DNA from: Chiloscyllium plagiosum
Lineage: Eukaryota
Assembly (NCBI RefSeq): GCF_004010195.1
Contig: NC_057728.1
Span: 46,652,645-46,712,278, forward strand
Length of the DNA stretch: 59,634 nt
Direction: 5' to 3'
In this document: in pieces, positions 47,890-59,634 of the stretch
Layout: every line of letters begins with the position of its first letter
Position numbering within the stretch: the stretch's first letter is position 1
The notes under the pieces: generated by a model
What the model was told of the DNA's origin: nothing
The model's database searches: none
Seen by the model: only the letters and a program-made list of their open reading frames with translations
Made by a program: the position numbers and the translations under genes

Positions 47890-49430
47890 CAATCCTCAAT
47901 CACTGCATGTACATAATCTCCCTACTTTTCAATTAAATTATCCTGACAATAATTGTTAACATTCTACTTGCTCTCCTTATTGCGTGTTGTATCTGCACAT
48001 TAACTTTCTGTGATTCATGAACAAGGGCATTCAAATCCATCTGTATTTCAGAGCTCTACAATCTCTCATCATTCAGATAATGTTTCTTTTGAATTCTTCC
48101 TGCCAAAATAAGTAATTTCATATTTTCCTGTATGATATGTCATTTGTCAGATATTTCCCCACTCAATTAATATATCTATATCCTTTTGTAGTGTCCTTAG
48201 GTCACTTTCCTAATGTATGTTCGTATCCATCTTTGCGTCACCAGGAAATTTAGCTACCGTATCTTTGGTCTCTGCATCCAATGCATTTATATAAATTGTA
48301 AAGCACTTAGCCCCAGCACTTAGCCCCAGTGGCACACCAGTTATTATATCTGGTCAAGCACAAAATTACCTTTTTATGTTTTCTCTCTTTTTCCTGATAA
48401 CCAGCCAGTCTTCCAATCTTGCCAATATGCTATCTCTGAACACCAAGATCTTTAATTTTCCACATTAATGTTTGATGTGGTACCTTATTAAATGCCTTCT
48501 GGAAGTCTAAGTACAGTGTATCCACCTGTTCCTTTTTCTACACAGTATGTTACTTCTTCAAAATACACCAGTACATTGGTAAACATGATTTATTTTTCAT
48601 AAAACCATGTTGACTTTGCCTGATGACCTTGAACTGTTCTAAGAGTCTTGCTATGTCTTTAATAATAGCTTCTAATATCTTCTCTATGACAGATATTAAC
48701 CTAAGTGGTCTGGAGTTTCCTGTTGTATGTTACTTTAAACATCACTTGAATAAAGGAGTTACAGTGCTTAATTTCCAATCTAATAGATCCTTCTCTGAAT
48801 CTAGGGATCTCTTGAAAATTAAAACCAATGTATCAACTATTCAATTAAATTCAATTCACAAGCAATTCAATTCAACCATCTCACTAGCCACTTCTAAGAC
48901 CCGAGGAAGAAATCCTTTAGGATCCAGGAACTTGTCAGCATGTAGCTCAAACAATTTGCTCAGTACCACTTATCTAGAAATTGGAATTATTTTGAATTTA
49001 TCTCTACTTTACATTTTCTTTTTTACAGCTATTTCTGGGATGTTACGCGAATCTTCTATAGTGAAGTTTGATACAAAATGCATGTTCTAATATATGTTCT
49101 AATTACCTGCTAAGTGCTTATTTTCCAATATTAAATTCCCCAGATTCTTGTTCTATTGGATAAATGCTTACTTTGTCAACTCTCTTATTTTTAAAGAATC
49201 TATAGAAATGTTGTTATGTGGTTTGATATTTCTAGATATTTTCCTCTGGTGCTCTAATATTTCCTTCCTTATTCAGCTTTTGGGCATTCTTTCTTTACTT
49301 ATATATTGTATCAAATCCTCTGACCTACCATTCTGCGCAATAACCTGTTTTCTCTTTACATTTGTTGTCATCTTTAAATTTTTATTAACTATAGATAGTT
49401 CCTTCGCATTCCTTATCACTATGGATGGTA
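47890..49430 (-). mobile_element. Heavily decayed CR1 RT/linker region
   Basis: gtggtaccttattaaatgccttctggaagtctaagtaca (reverse YLDFQKAFNKVPH) and ttcataaaaccatgttgact (reverse SQHGFMK). Confidence 0.82.
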
Positions 49431-51504
49431 TTTAATGAGGCAAGTTGAATAGGTGTTTGGGAAGCGCATACCTGAATAGTCTGTAAAAAGGCTGTGACGG
49501 TGGTGTAGTGGCATATGAATATCGATGATGTTAATGATGATACTACTCAGACATCAGCAGAACAGAGAGGAACATGTGATTGAGACTTGAAGAGCAGAGG
49601 ACAAACACTGTATCAGAGAGCTGTGTTCAATGCAATGTACATTAAGATGTAAATATAAGTTTCACAGTATAGCAGAGTGAGCGAGGTCCTCAAATTTCAG
49701 ACCATGCTAGAAATGGAAGTGGATTCAGAACAGAATCACTCTAATAAGACAATGCTGCTAAAAGGGCAGGTGTAGATACCAGATGTCCTAGAGAACCAAG
49801 ACCATGTGGAATCCATGAAGGAACAAACAGCAGGAAAGGATATGTGATAAACTATAGATTTAGCTGCAGCAGCCCAAGCCATGGTCACTTGCAGCATTGT
49901 CTCAAAAGAGTGACTAGAATCACATTGGTCCCAATAAGTTTTGGGGAGGAACCACACAGGCCTGGGGAGCATGGAAGACCAGCTGTCATTAAAGCAGGAT
50001 CTGTTTATCAGTTTTTAAAATTATGCTCATCCAGCAGCCTGGTCAGTGACCAGGTGGAATTACCAGCCGAGACTGAGGGGGTTTCGGGGACCAGGAGAAA
50101 AGGTGGCTCTGATGCAGACGGGGAATGATGTGTTGCAGGGTGAAAAGTTTGTGATATGGAGAAAGGAGACAACAATTAGCAATTGGAAGTAGGAAGATTG
50201 AAAGCTTCCTTTATTTGAGCAGGAGGGGAGTGGGGAGCATTCCTGCTTTTTCAGGCCCACAGTGATAATCTGAGAAAGGCATTTAGCCTCTGGAACTGAC
50301 AGCTCCTGCTTTCCTTTAACTGCCATTTCCTGACCCCTGGGAAACCTACCCAGGAATAACAGATTTAAAATTAAAATGACACTGGAGCCCAATTTGAGTT
50401 AGTTAATTAAGTCTCTCACCTCTCCACAGCAGGAACCCCAGACATTTCAACGTCTGCAGATGGTGGGTTTGGCATGTCGGAAACATATTCCATTTAATCC
50501 ATCAAGCTTTCACCCCAACTCATTTCAATCCTGTCCTGCCATTGTGGAGAATTAATATTGTCAGTTAATTTCTTCCAAGGTTTATCAGGAAGTAGGGTAA
50601 TTAGTTTCACTGAGTTATAAACCTCAATGCATGACAGAAATTCAAATGTCATGTGGATATTCATTAAAAAGTGTGTCTCATAAAGAGTAAATAAATTTGC
50701 AACTCTGATTGAAGATAGTTTATTTATGGAACTATTGTAGTAACAAGTGTTGAGAGTTGACTAAAATCACACAAACTTTAATTCTCATTTTAATTTTGAT
50801 TTGTGTTTGAAACACCAGCTGTTTTACTTCATTTTACAGATGGTTGTGAACGCTGTAGACAGCAAGTGAGAAGGAAGAGAATGGAAGCCACTAATTTGAG
50901 AAACAGATGCCCACTCATATTTCTGAAGCTCACGGTCTTGTGTTCTCACATGCTGACGTACTGACGCGTCAACTGGGAGAACCAGCTCCTGAAGAAAATC
51001 AAACTGAAGAATTCATTCGTTGCAAGATTCTTTTTAAAGCAGTAGTGCCTAACTGGCAAAGAATTTATCACAGAATACTGCAGAACACTGCATTAATCCC
51101 AAATGTCAGAGCAGGCATCCTCCAACTTTTTGCTCGAATTGTATTTTCAAATTCCAGGGATCTTTTGTAACACAAGAAGATTTTGATTGAAAACCAAGCA
51201 ATGCAATGAAGTTCAGACTCACACCATTATTATTTTAGTCATAGAGTGTTTGCTGAAACTGAGCAAACGTTATGTTAGTACCTGATAGTAACTGTGACAA
51301 GTACATGTACATGTTATGGACCATGTTCATCCTTGCTTGGTGCATTGTTTTCATGAATATCATCATCAATAACCCAGCTTCACATAAGTAGGCTCTACAA
51401 AATGGAAACAAATGGCCACAGTACTACAGGAGAGAGCTCCTTGTCTCCACTGCCCAGAGACTTTTCTTTTCCAATATCTGGCGCCCTCTTTGTCACATGT
51501 GTTT

Positions 51505-51885
51505 TAGTTGGAGAGAAGAAGATTGAGAGGTGACTTTATTGAGACATATAAGATAATCAGAGGGTCAAAGAGTTAGAAAGAGTCGACAGTGAGAGCCTTT
51601 TTCCTCAGATGGTGATGGCTAGCTCAAGGGGTCTTAGCTTCAAATTGAGGAGTGATAGATATAGGACAGATGTCAGAAATAGTTCCTTTACTCAGAGTAT
51701 AGTAAGGGCATGGAATGCACTGCCTGCAACAGTAGTAGACTCGCCAACTTTAAGAGCATTTAAATGGTCATTGGATAGACATATGGACAAAAATGGAATA
51801 GTATAGGCTTCAGATTTATTTCACAGGTTGGTGCAACATCGAGAGCCGAAGGATCTGTATTGCAATGCAACATTCCATGTTCTAT
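51505..51885 (+). mobile_element. CR1 3' end
   Basis: gagaagaagattgagaggtgactttattgagacatataagat (RRLRGDFIETYKI), FTQSIVRAWNALP, and the same tail as 3885-4031. Confidence 0.9.
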
Positions 51886-52096
51886 ATGCCTGAGCCAAAC
51901 ACAAATTAAATGAGATATTGACTAAGAGAAAGAAGAAGCAATTAACAATGCTAATGGCTTGTTGACTTCTGCTACAAAGTAGCTGAAGTTCAAATATAAG
52001 GAAGTCTTGCTACATTTGTACATGGCTTTTGTGTGGCTACATTTGGAACAATGTGCTTGGTCTTATTCTCTTTAAATAAGGAAGGTCATACTTGTT

Positions 52097-52412
52097 TTTT
52101 AGATTAGATTAGATTTCCTACAGTGTGGAAACAGTCACATTGACCCAACAAGTCCTCACCGACCCTTCGAAGTGTAACCCACCCCCCTCTGACTAATGCT
52201 CCTAACAACTATGGACAATTTAGCATAGCCAGTTCACCTGACCTGCACATCTTTGGAATGTGGGAGGAAACCGGAGCACCTGGAGGAAACCCATGCAGAC
52301 ATAGGGAGAATGTGCAAACTCCACATAGACAGTTGCCCGAGGCTGGTAATCGAACCTGAGACCTTCACACTGTGAGGCAGCAGCGCTAACCACTGAGCCA
52401 CCGTGCCGCCCC
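52097..52412 (-). mobile_element. HE1/V-SINE-type SINE inserted in an old CR1 remnant (~51930-52500)
   Basis: Reverse strand gggcggcacggtggctcagtggttagcgctgctgcctcacag head and (tctaa)n tail. TSD-like cttgttt on both sides. Confidence 0.9.
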
Positions 52413-52509
52413 TTGTTTCAGAGGTTTCATCATGAAGGTTGACTGGATGGAAGCAAAATGGTTGTGTAAAGCTGAAAGGTTAAGCTGATCAAACCTAGAT
52501 TCTCTAACA

Positions 52510-52700
52510 AAGACAAAATACTGCAGATGCTGTAAATCTGAAGCAAACACAGAGACATCTGGAGAAACTCGGTAGGTCTGGCAGCATCTGTAGAATGAGA
52601 AACAGAGATAACATTTTAAGTCTGGTAGGACAGATGTGAAAAATGTCTGTTTCTCTCTCCATAGATACTGCGAGACCTGCTGAGGTTCACCTGGAGTTTT
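52510..52700. mobile_element. Inverted Penelope pLTR tail remnant
   Basis: aaactcggtaggtctggcagcatctgtaga..gagaaacagag ... tctgtttctctctccatagatactgcgagacctgctgag. Confidence 0.65.
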
Positions 52701-54489
52701 TGATGCTAGGAAAAATAATACGTGATCAAATTGAAACTTACAACATTCTGAGGAAGTGTGACAAATAAATGCCATTAGCATGGTTCCTTTGGTTCCTGGC
52801 TTTGTCTCAGGATAACAAGTTGATCATTTCAGATTGATTGCGAGGATGTTTTACACGCAGAAGGTTGTGACTCTTTGGAATTCTGTGGATGTTCAGTCAG
52901 TGAATATATGCATTGCTGCAATATTCTAATATGATATTTGTTGTAAAATATTTTATCATTGAAGCCTTAATATTAGTAACATCCAAAAGGCATAGGGATG
53001 ACTTTTCCAGCCCCCTGATGATGTATTTAAAGGTGGAAGGGCATGTAAAATAAAGCAAGTGGCCCTGCCTGCCTAATCTAATCCCATTTTAAGATAGACC
53101 TAGTAACTAATCAAGCTGCTCATTTCAGACCCTAGCAGAGGAGGTACAAAGGATAAGCAGCAATCCAGTTGGAGGAAGTCGGTTAGCAAGTTGAATATTT
53201 TTATGAGCCTGCTGCCTCTTACTTCCCCTACTTTGCTTTGAATGTAGTTGGGCTTCTCAGGCATCAGTCGACTTGACAGCTAAAGGGAGGTGCACACAAT
53301 TTCAATCTGAAACTAGGTCAAGAGGTGGCTTGTAACTCCCCATCTCCATCCCTAGTCAGCAGAACACCTATATCTATGTTACCACCATCCCCTCCAACCT
53401 TTCCTATCACATGCCATTTTTCTGCTATGATTCTGCCCTCCCAGTGGAGGATGTTGTCTCTCATTATCACTGGGCCCAAAATCTGATTCTCATGGTCTCA
53501 TTGGCAATTAGAACCTTGCTTCTGAACAGATGGTTGCCTAACGACCTTTCCCTTGCCCTTTTGTCCCTGCGGTGTCAGGAAATGCTGATCCCATTTGATG
53601 CTTGGGTGCTGAGTGCCCACCAGTGCCTACCAAGTGGGCAGCCTTTTACCAAGTACCAAAACCTTCTTTGCTCTGCAGATCCTCTCACTGGATTGGTATG
53701 ATGCCCTGGGCAGCCAAGCGTAGCTCCTTACTCTTGACCTTCCCTCCCCTTCAGCTGATTGGTTTCAGAAGGTGCATGTTAGTTCATCATTCTCCAAAGA
53801 TTTCAAAGGCCTCTAATGTAGTCCAGTGGTAGTGTCCGTACTATTGGACCAAGAGTCCCAGGTTTAAGTCCACCTGCTCCATGGGTGAGTAAAAACATCT
53901 CTGAACAGGTTAATTAGAAACATAGGTTAAAGATTTTAATATCTGAAGTTGAGAAGCTCATAGTGAGGTTAAAACTGCTTTAAAGAAACTCAACTGAAAC
54001 GTGAGTGAGATTCCTGTGCTGGCAATCATCACCCTACAACTAACATGCCATCAGCCATCAGCACCACTATATTTGCTCCCACCTCAAAATGTTCAGTCCC
54101 ACAAATCTGGCACACAACTATTTTAGCACCAAACAAATCCAACTCATCTAATGTAAAAGTTTCTTCTCCTTGGTCTACCTTAATCTCCAACAAAAATATG
54201 AAGAATTCACGGATTCTTTTGTCATTAGTATTGAGAATAAATTGCCTATACTGTTTCCCTAGTTTCTCCTTTTACACCAAACTGAGCATCAATGATTCTC
54301 TATAAATTTAAAATGATAAACTTTATTTGAAATAATTGTGAGTCACTCTTTTGTAGGAGTTAGTACAAAGAACATTGTGGTCTTTGGCTAGGTGTAGTTT
54401 ACTGGAGGGTGGAAATACCACGGTAGATAGTGAACTTGCCATTATAATAGAAAAGCAGAGATTGTGAGAAGCATTATCTTTGAGTTCTT

Positions 54490-54775
54490 GGAGTCATAAG
54501 GTCATACAGCATGGAAGCAGACCATTCTGTCCAACCAGGCCATGCCAAACATAGTTCCAAACTAAACTAGTCCCATTTGCCCGCTTCTGGACCATATCGC
54601 TCCAAACCTTTCCCATTTGTGTATGTATCTAGGTGCTTTTTAAACATTGTTACTGCATCCACATCCACCACTTCCTCTGGAAGTTCATTTCACATGCAAA
54701 CCATCCTCTGAGTAAAATATTTGCCCCCATGTCTTTCTAAAATCTCTCTTCTCACACCTTAAAAATATTCCCCTC
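54490..54775 (-). mobile_element. CR1/HER1-type 3' tail
   Basis: gtcatacagcatggaagcagacc...ccatatcgctccaaacctttccc...caccacttcctctggaagttcatt. Confidence 0.85.
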
Positions 54776-54924
54776 TCCCAGTTTTCTTATTCAAGAACTT
54801 TGTCCGATGACAGATCCAGTATAAAGGAACATTGTTCTTCCACTGTTGACTGACTACGTTGGTTTTGTGCTCCTTAGCATTCCAAAATTAAACATTTTTG
54901 TGACTAAACAGCTTAATCTCCTCT

Positions 54925-55220
54925 CCTTTCCAACTGTATATAAAAGCTTGAAAAGCTACAATCATCCTGTAATCTCTCAGCCCCTCTGCTCTCTTTTGGA
55001 TCTCCTTCCCTACTCACTTCATTCTGCTATTGATTGCTTTGGAACTGCCTCTTGAGACCTTTTCTCCACCTCTCTCCATCTCCATTTTTAAGCCCCTTCC
55101 TAAAATGCACCTTTTCGACTAAATTTCTGGTTATTCTGCCAAGTATCACCATTTTTGGCTTATCATCTCCCTGTTGGAGAATTTATTCTATTTTAAAGCT
55201 GTGATATAGATGCAAGTGAT
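54925..55220 (+). mobile_element. L2-type 3' remnant
   Basis: ttttaagccccttcctaaaatgcaccttttcgac...ttaaagctgtgatatagatgcaagtg. Confidence 0.5.
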
Positions 55221-56689
55221 TTTTCCACCAGATTTTGATTTTAACTTTTTAACTGAAAGAAGAAATGGCAACACTGACAAGACATTCATCGAATGCAAAC
55301 AAAAGGTCACCAAAAACACAATAAAGTGTTTCCACAAGAAATGAATATTTTACTTTGTTCGCCAGAGGGAGAAAATAGGAATGGTTTTTAAGTGACATTA
55401 GTAATGATACAAAGCATTTGTTTTAATTTACAGGTTTGTTTGTTTGACTGTTTTAAAGACCATGTCATTCACCACAGTAGAAGCAAAGAACATTAGTTGA
55501 AAATTTCAAGTGCCTTTGAAATATCGAAGTGGAGGGAAATGGCTGTTTAATAATAAAGCAAGACAATATTCAAAGCCTTCTGACGAATAAGAATTGTTTG
55601 AACATTTTCATTAACTACCAGTCCTACACACCAATTCTTTACAAGTAAAAGGTAGTGACAGATCATGCCTGATAATGAGAAATTTGTGTTTCATGTGACA
55701 TTTTGATGCATACTACTCATTAAAAAAAAACTTCTGATCAAGTAAGTGCCCTGTTCCAACATTGTTGAATGTGATCTAAATTTCAAATGTGTTTCTTAGC
55801 ACCCCAGATGCCTATCAGAGCATAACGTTCTGACCAAATGTGCTCAGTACTTTAGCGGAAAAGGGACATTTGCATCAACAAATGCAAGGATGGCATAAAT
55901 TATTAATTTTGCTCACTCCTTCAATCAAGGATTTATTAAGAAGTGTTATCATAAGATGTGTAAATATGTTCACAGTTAAAGGTATTGTAAATGGGAATAT
56001 TTGCATGCACTGGGCAAATTGTACACCGTGCAAAATATGAAATTTAGAATGAATAAATAAGGAAAAATAAATAAAATAGATTGGCTTTTAAAAGTAAATT
56101 CATTGATTTGTATATTAATATAAACATGCCTTTCTTGGAACTTGTTGGAAATAGGAAATATTTGAAAAAAAATCAGCTGATCTCAAACTAGCTGAAAGTT
56201 GCATTCATTGAAGAGCAATGATTGCAAATTGGCCTTGTTATAACTGCCTTTCTCATACTACCATGACATATAAAGGAAAATTCCCCTCAGGCAGCCAGAG
56301 TACACATTTGTTACAATTATGTGAATTGGCATCCAATAACTTAATTAGAAATCCTATTGCAAAATAAAGGGGTGCATGGGGGTATGGTCCACAAATATGT
56401 CTGGAGGTTGAGCTCCCAAACCAAACTTTAAAAGGACTGCCCCTGGCTAAACATTAGTCAGCCATTCCCTTATTAAGATTTGCTTCCATTATAATAGCCA
56501 CAAAGCCAGGAATCTTAATTTGGCTGTCAGCAGTCCCCAATCAAGTCAAGGGAGAAGCCTTTACTTGGTGGGCCCCAATACAGCATGTCAAGGGCAGCCT
56601 CTGATATCACTGCAGAAGCTTTAGCCCAGATCATTGGTTACCTGGGGTGGTCAGGGTCAGGATTCTCTCTGCAAAGGGGGTGAGGAGCT

Positions 56690-57170
56690 GACTGTCCTGA
56701 GCTCAGCACTCATCCTGGCTCTTTCTTCTAAATGAAGAGTTGTTTTCTCCTGGACTGAGAGAAAGTGAGGAATTGAATGAAATGAAAGTGGGTGGCACAG
56801 ATGTTAGTGCTTGTGGTGTGGTGTCCTGAGCAAGTGAGTATGCAGCGCAGTGGCCATTCAAGGTTAAGAGATCTGAGGTTGGGTGAGTGAATGTGAATGA
56901 GAGAAGAAGGTATGTAACAGAGAGAGAGATCGAGCAAGGAGTTTGGTATGGCATGGGTGCAGGAGCAGAGGGAGAGTGAGCATGAGGTAACAGAGAGTAC
57001 AGAGTGGTACCTATCCTGGCTGACCAGGGAAGGTCATCGACCTCCTTCCTTCAATATTGGGCATCCCACCAGATGGGTAACCAGCCTCAGCATTGAAAGT
57101 TCTCCAGCTGCACATTTTGCATGGGCTGCTCCAGCGACAGATAAATACCAACAACATCAGGTGGTTTGAG
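56690..57170 (-). pseudogene. Third decayed Harbinger-type Myb/SANT remnant
   Basis: Minus strand DAQY*RKEVDDLPWSAR, then a C/T-rich intron and ccag|EKTTLHLEERARMS, matching the QCRKKVNDLxxSAR | EKxAHNxRERxRT pattern. Confidence 0.5.
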
Positions 57171-57189
57171 TGGTCATTGATTTCATTTT

Positions 57190-58325
57190 ATTTTATTCAT
57201 TCATTAGATGTGAGTATTGTAAGCTGGGCCAGCATTTATTGCCTATTGCAGGTTGCCCTTGAGCAAGTGATGGTGTGCTTCCTTCTTGAACCACTGCAGT
57301 TTATTTGATGTAAGTCAACCCACAATGCCTTTGGGGAAGGAACTCCAGGATTTTGAGGCAGAGAAACTGAAGGGAACAGTGACACATTTCCAAGTCTGCA
57401 TGGTTTGGAAGGAAACTAACTGGTGATAGTGTTCCCATGTTTATGTCATCCTTGTTTCTTTTAGATGCCAGTGATCGTGGGCTTGGAAGGTGCTGTTTAA
57501 GGAGATTTGGTGAATTTCTACAGTGCAACTTGTTGATGGTACACACTGTTGCTACTGATGGTGATGGTCAGAGCGAATATTTGTGAATGTAATGCCATCA
57601 AGCAGGCTGTTTTGTTTCGGATGGTGTCAAGTGACTTGAATGTTGTTGGAGTTGTACCCATCCAGGCAAGTCACACTCCTGACTTGTGCCTTGTAGGTAG
57701 TGGACAGGCTTTGGGGAGTCAGGAGGTGAGTTACATGTTGCAGGATTCCTAACCTCTGACCTGCTCTTGTAACCCTTGCTCTTGTATTTATATGACAAGC
57801 TTGTTTAGTTTCTGGTCAATGGTAACTCCCAGGATGTGGATGGTGAGTGATGCAGCGATGATAATGCCATTGAATGGCAAGAGCAATAGTTAGATTCTCT
57901 CTTGTTCATTATGGCTATTGCTGTGCACTTGTGATCCCAAATGTGAACAGTGCCCAGGTCTTGTTGCATTTGGACAAGGACTGCTTCAGTATTTCAGGAG
58001 TTGCACATGGTGCTGAATATTATGCAGTTGTTCATCATTCTTTCTGACCTTATGAAAGAGGAAAGTTCATTGATGAAGCAGTTGATGATAGCTGGGTAAA
58101 GGACACAGTCCTGAGAAAGTCCTGCTGCAACGTATTAGGGCTGAAATGACTGATTCCCAACAATCACAACCATCTTCCTTTGTGCCAGACATGTCTCTTT
58201 ATATCAGAGCTATCCCCCTCCGATTCCTATAAATTCTCATTTTGCCAGATCTCCTTGATGTCACACATGGTCAATTATAGTCTTGATGTCCAGGGTAATC
58301 AATTTCACTCCACATCTGTCTCAAT
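57190..58325 (-). mobile_element. 3' part of the 17.2-20.1 kb LINE family
   Basis: ctgggccagcatttattgcc...gcccttgagcaagtgatggtg...tttggggagtcaggaggtgagttac...gaggaaagttcattgatgaagcag. Confidence 0.88.
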
Positions 58326-58454
58326 TGGCACACAGGCCTGCAGGCCTCCATCACCTCCTCTGCCACTGGTAAAATTGCAGTGACCGTGAGCAGATAAGCA
58401 TCAAGAATTGAGCGCATGGCATCAATTTTGTGATTACTCCCACCACTTTGGTGA

Positions 58455-58770
58455 CATGGTGGCTCAATGGTTAGCACTGCTGCTTCACAGTGCCAGGGAC
58501 CTGGGTTCGACTCCAGCCTTGGGCAACTGTCTATGTGGAACTTGCACGTTCTCCACACGTCTGTGTGGTTTTCCTTTGAGTGTAGGTTAGGTGGATTGGC
58601 CATGCTAAATTGCCCATAGTATTCAGGGATGTGCAAGCTAGGTTGACTAACCATGTGAAATGCAGGGTTACAGGGATGGGGTGGGTCTGGGATGGATGCT
58701 CTGCAAAAGGGTTGGTGAGGACTTGATGGGCTGAATGGCCTGGTTCCTCATTGTAGGGATTCTATGATTA
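58455..58770 (+). mobile_element. HE1/V-SINE-type SINE
   Basis: catggtggctcaatggttagcactgctgcttcacagtgccagggacctgggttcgactcc head and ...ttgtagggattctatgatt tail. Confidence 0.88.
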
Positions 58771-58992
58771 CCTGACAACATCTCCATCTTTGTTATGTAA
58801 ATAAAAAATATAACCTGCCCTCACCAGTATGCTGGAGCAGTTGTTAAGGAAGAGCTTGCTGGGTATAATCGGTTAGATCCCCATTGAAAATAGGCATTGA
58901 CATAACTTCTCTGCACAATGGAGATCATTAGTTGGAAGGCATCCAAACTGGAGAGCAGCCTTTAACAAGGCCATTCAGCTGGCTCACCTTCA

Positions 58993-59426
58993 GCAGTGGA
59001 CTGTGCCTCACTTATTCACGACTCTAAGACAACTGCATTGTCTGGCTCATCACGTTTCTTTGCCAGACTTGCCTAGATTTATTTCTACAGAAAGAGTGCT
59101 TTCACCAAGCAGTTAGAGAAAGAAGCAGGACATGACACCAAACTACTTTCTGGATCAGTGGTGCTGGAAGAGCACAGCAATTCAGGCAGCATCCAACGAG
59201 CAGCGAAATGCAGTGGACTGTGCCTCACTTATTCACGACTCTAAGACAACTGCATTGTCTGGCTCATCACGTTTCTTTGCCAGACTTGCCTAGATTTATT
59301 TCTACAGAAAGAGTGCTTTCACCAAGCAGTTAGAGAAAGAAGCAGGACATGACACCAAACTACTTTCTGGATCAGTGGTGCTGGAAGAGCACAGCAATTC
59401 AGGCAGCATCCAACGAGCAGCGAAAT
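58993..59426. repeat. Perfect tandem duplication, 2 x 217 bp (58993-59209, 59210-59426)
   Basis: The two units read identically base by base. Each is ~158 bp of flank plus ~59 bp of Penelope pLTR tail. Confidence 0.97.
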
Positions 59427-59540
59427 CGATGTTTCGGGCAAAAGCCCTTCATCAGGAATAAAGGCAGAGAGCCTGAAGCGTGGAGAGATAAGCTAGGGAA
59501 GGGTGGGGTTGGGGAGAAAGTAGCATAGAGTACAATGAGT
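59368..59540 (-). mobile_element. Penelope pLTR fragment
   Basis: gtggtgctggaagagcacagc...gcagcatcc...tttcgggcaaaagcccttcatcaggaat, same family as 7432-7525. Confidence 0.88.
59422..59460 (-). ncRNA. Minimal hammerhead ribozyme motif
   Basis: Minus strand CTGATGA-A-GGGC-TTTT-GCCC-GAAAC-ATC/GATT, with a perfect stem II. Predicted cleavage is between 59428 and 59427. Confidence 0.75.
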
Positions 59541-59634
59541 TTTCCTCCTCTCTCTACAAGAATCTCAGGGAGTCTCTCTTCCACTGCAACTCCCAGGTCA
59601 TTTCCTCTGCCCTGAAGCTCTTCAACCATGTCGT

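Noticed and set aside
48623..49435. Hydrophobic plus-strand ORFs (155 aa and 95 aa)
   Set aside because: Antisense readings of a decayed, A-rich CR1 on the minus strand.

Overview
Repeat-rich, AT-rich vertebrate non-coding DNA, almost certainly from a shark: it carries HE1/V-SINE copies, HER1/CR1-type LINE tails and shark-type Penelope elements. I find no intact host protein-coding gene, rRNA, tRNA gene or CRISPR. The long ORFs are decayed retroelement fragments or low-complexity artefacts. The window is a layered mosaic of CR1-clade LINEs, L2 and Rex1/Babar tails, tRNA-derived SINEs, Penelope elements with pseudo-LTRs carrying minimal hammerhead ribozyme motifs, two solo-LTR candidates, a Tigger-like MITE and three decayed intron-containing Myb/SANT genes of Harbinger type. 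TE-poor islands between them look like conserved non-coding elements. The most striking observations: (i) a perfect 217-bp tandem duplication whose junction lies 1 nt from a predicted hammerhead cleavage site; (ii) a TSD-flanked, inverted, chimeric copy of nearby DNA inserted into a CR1; (iii) a third local copy of a retroelement junction; (iv) a probable non-autonomous family sharing its tail with Rex1/Babar. All family names come from recognising motifs by eye, not from database searches, and boundaries of old elements are approximate.
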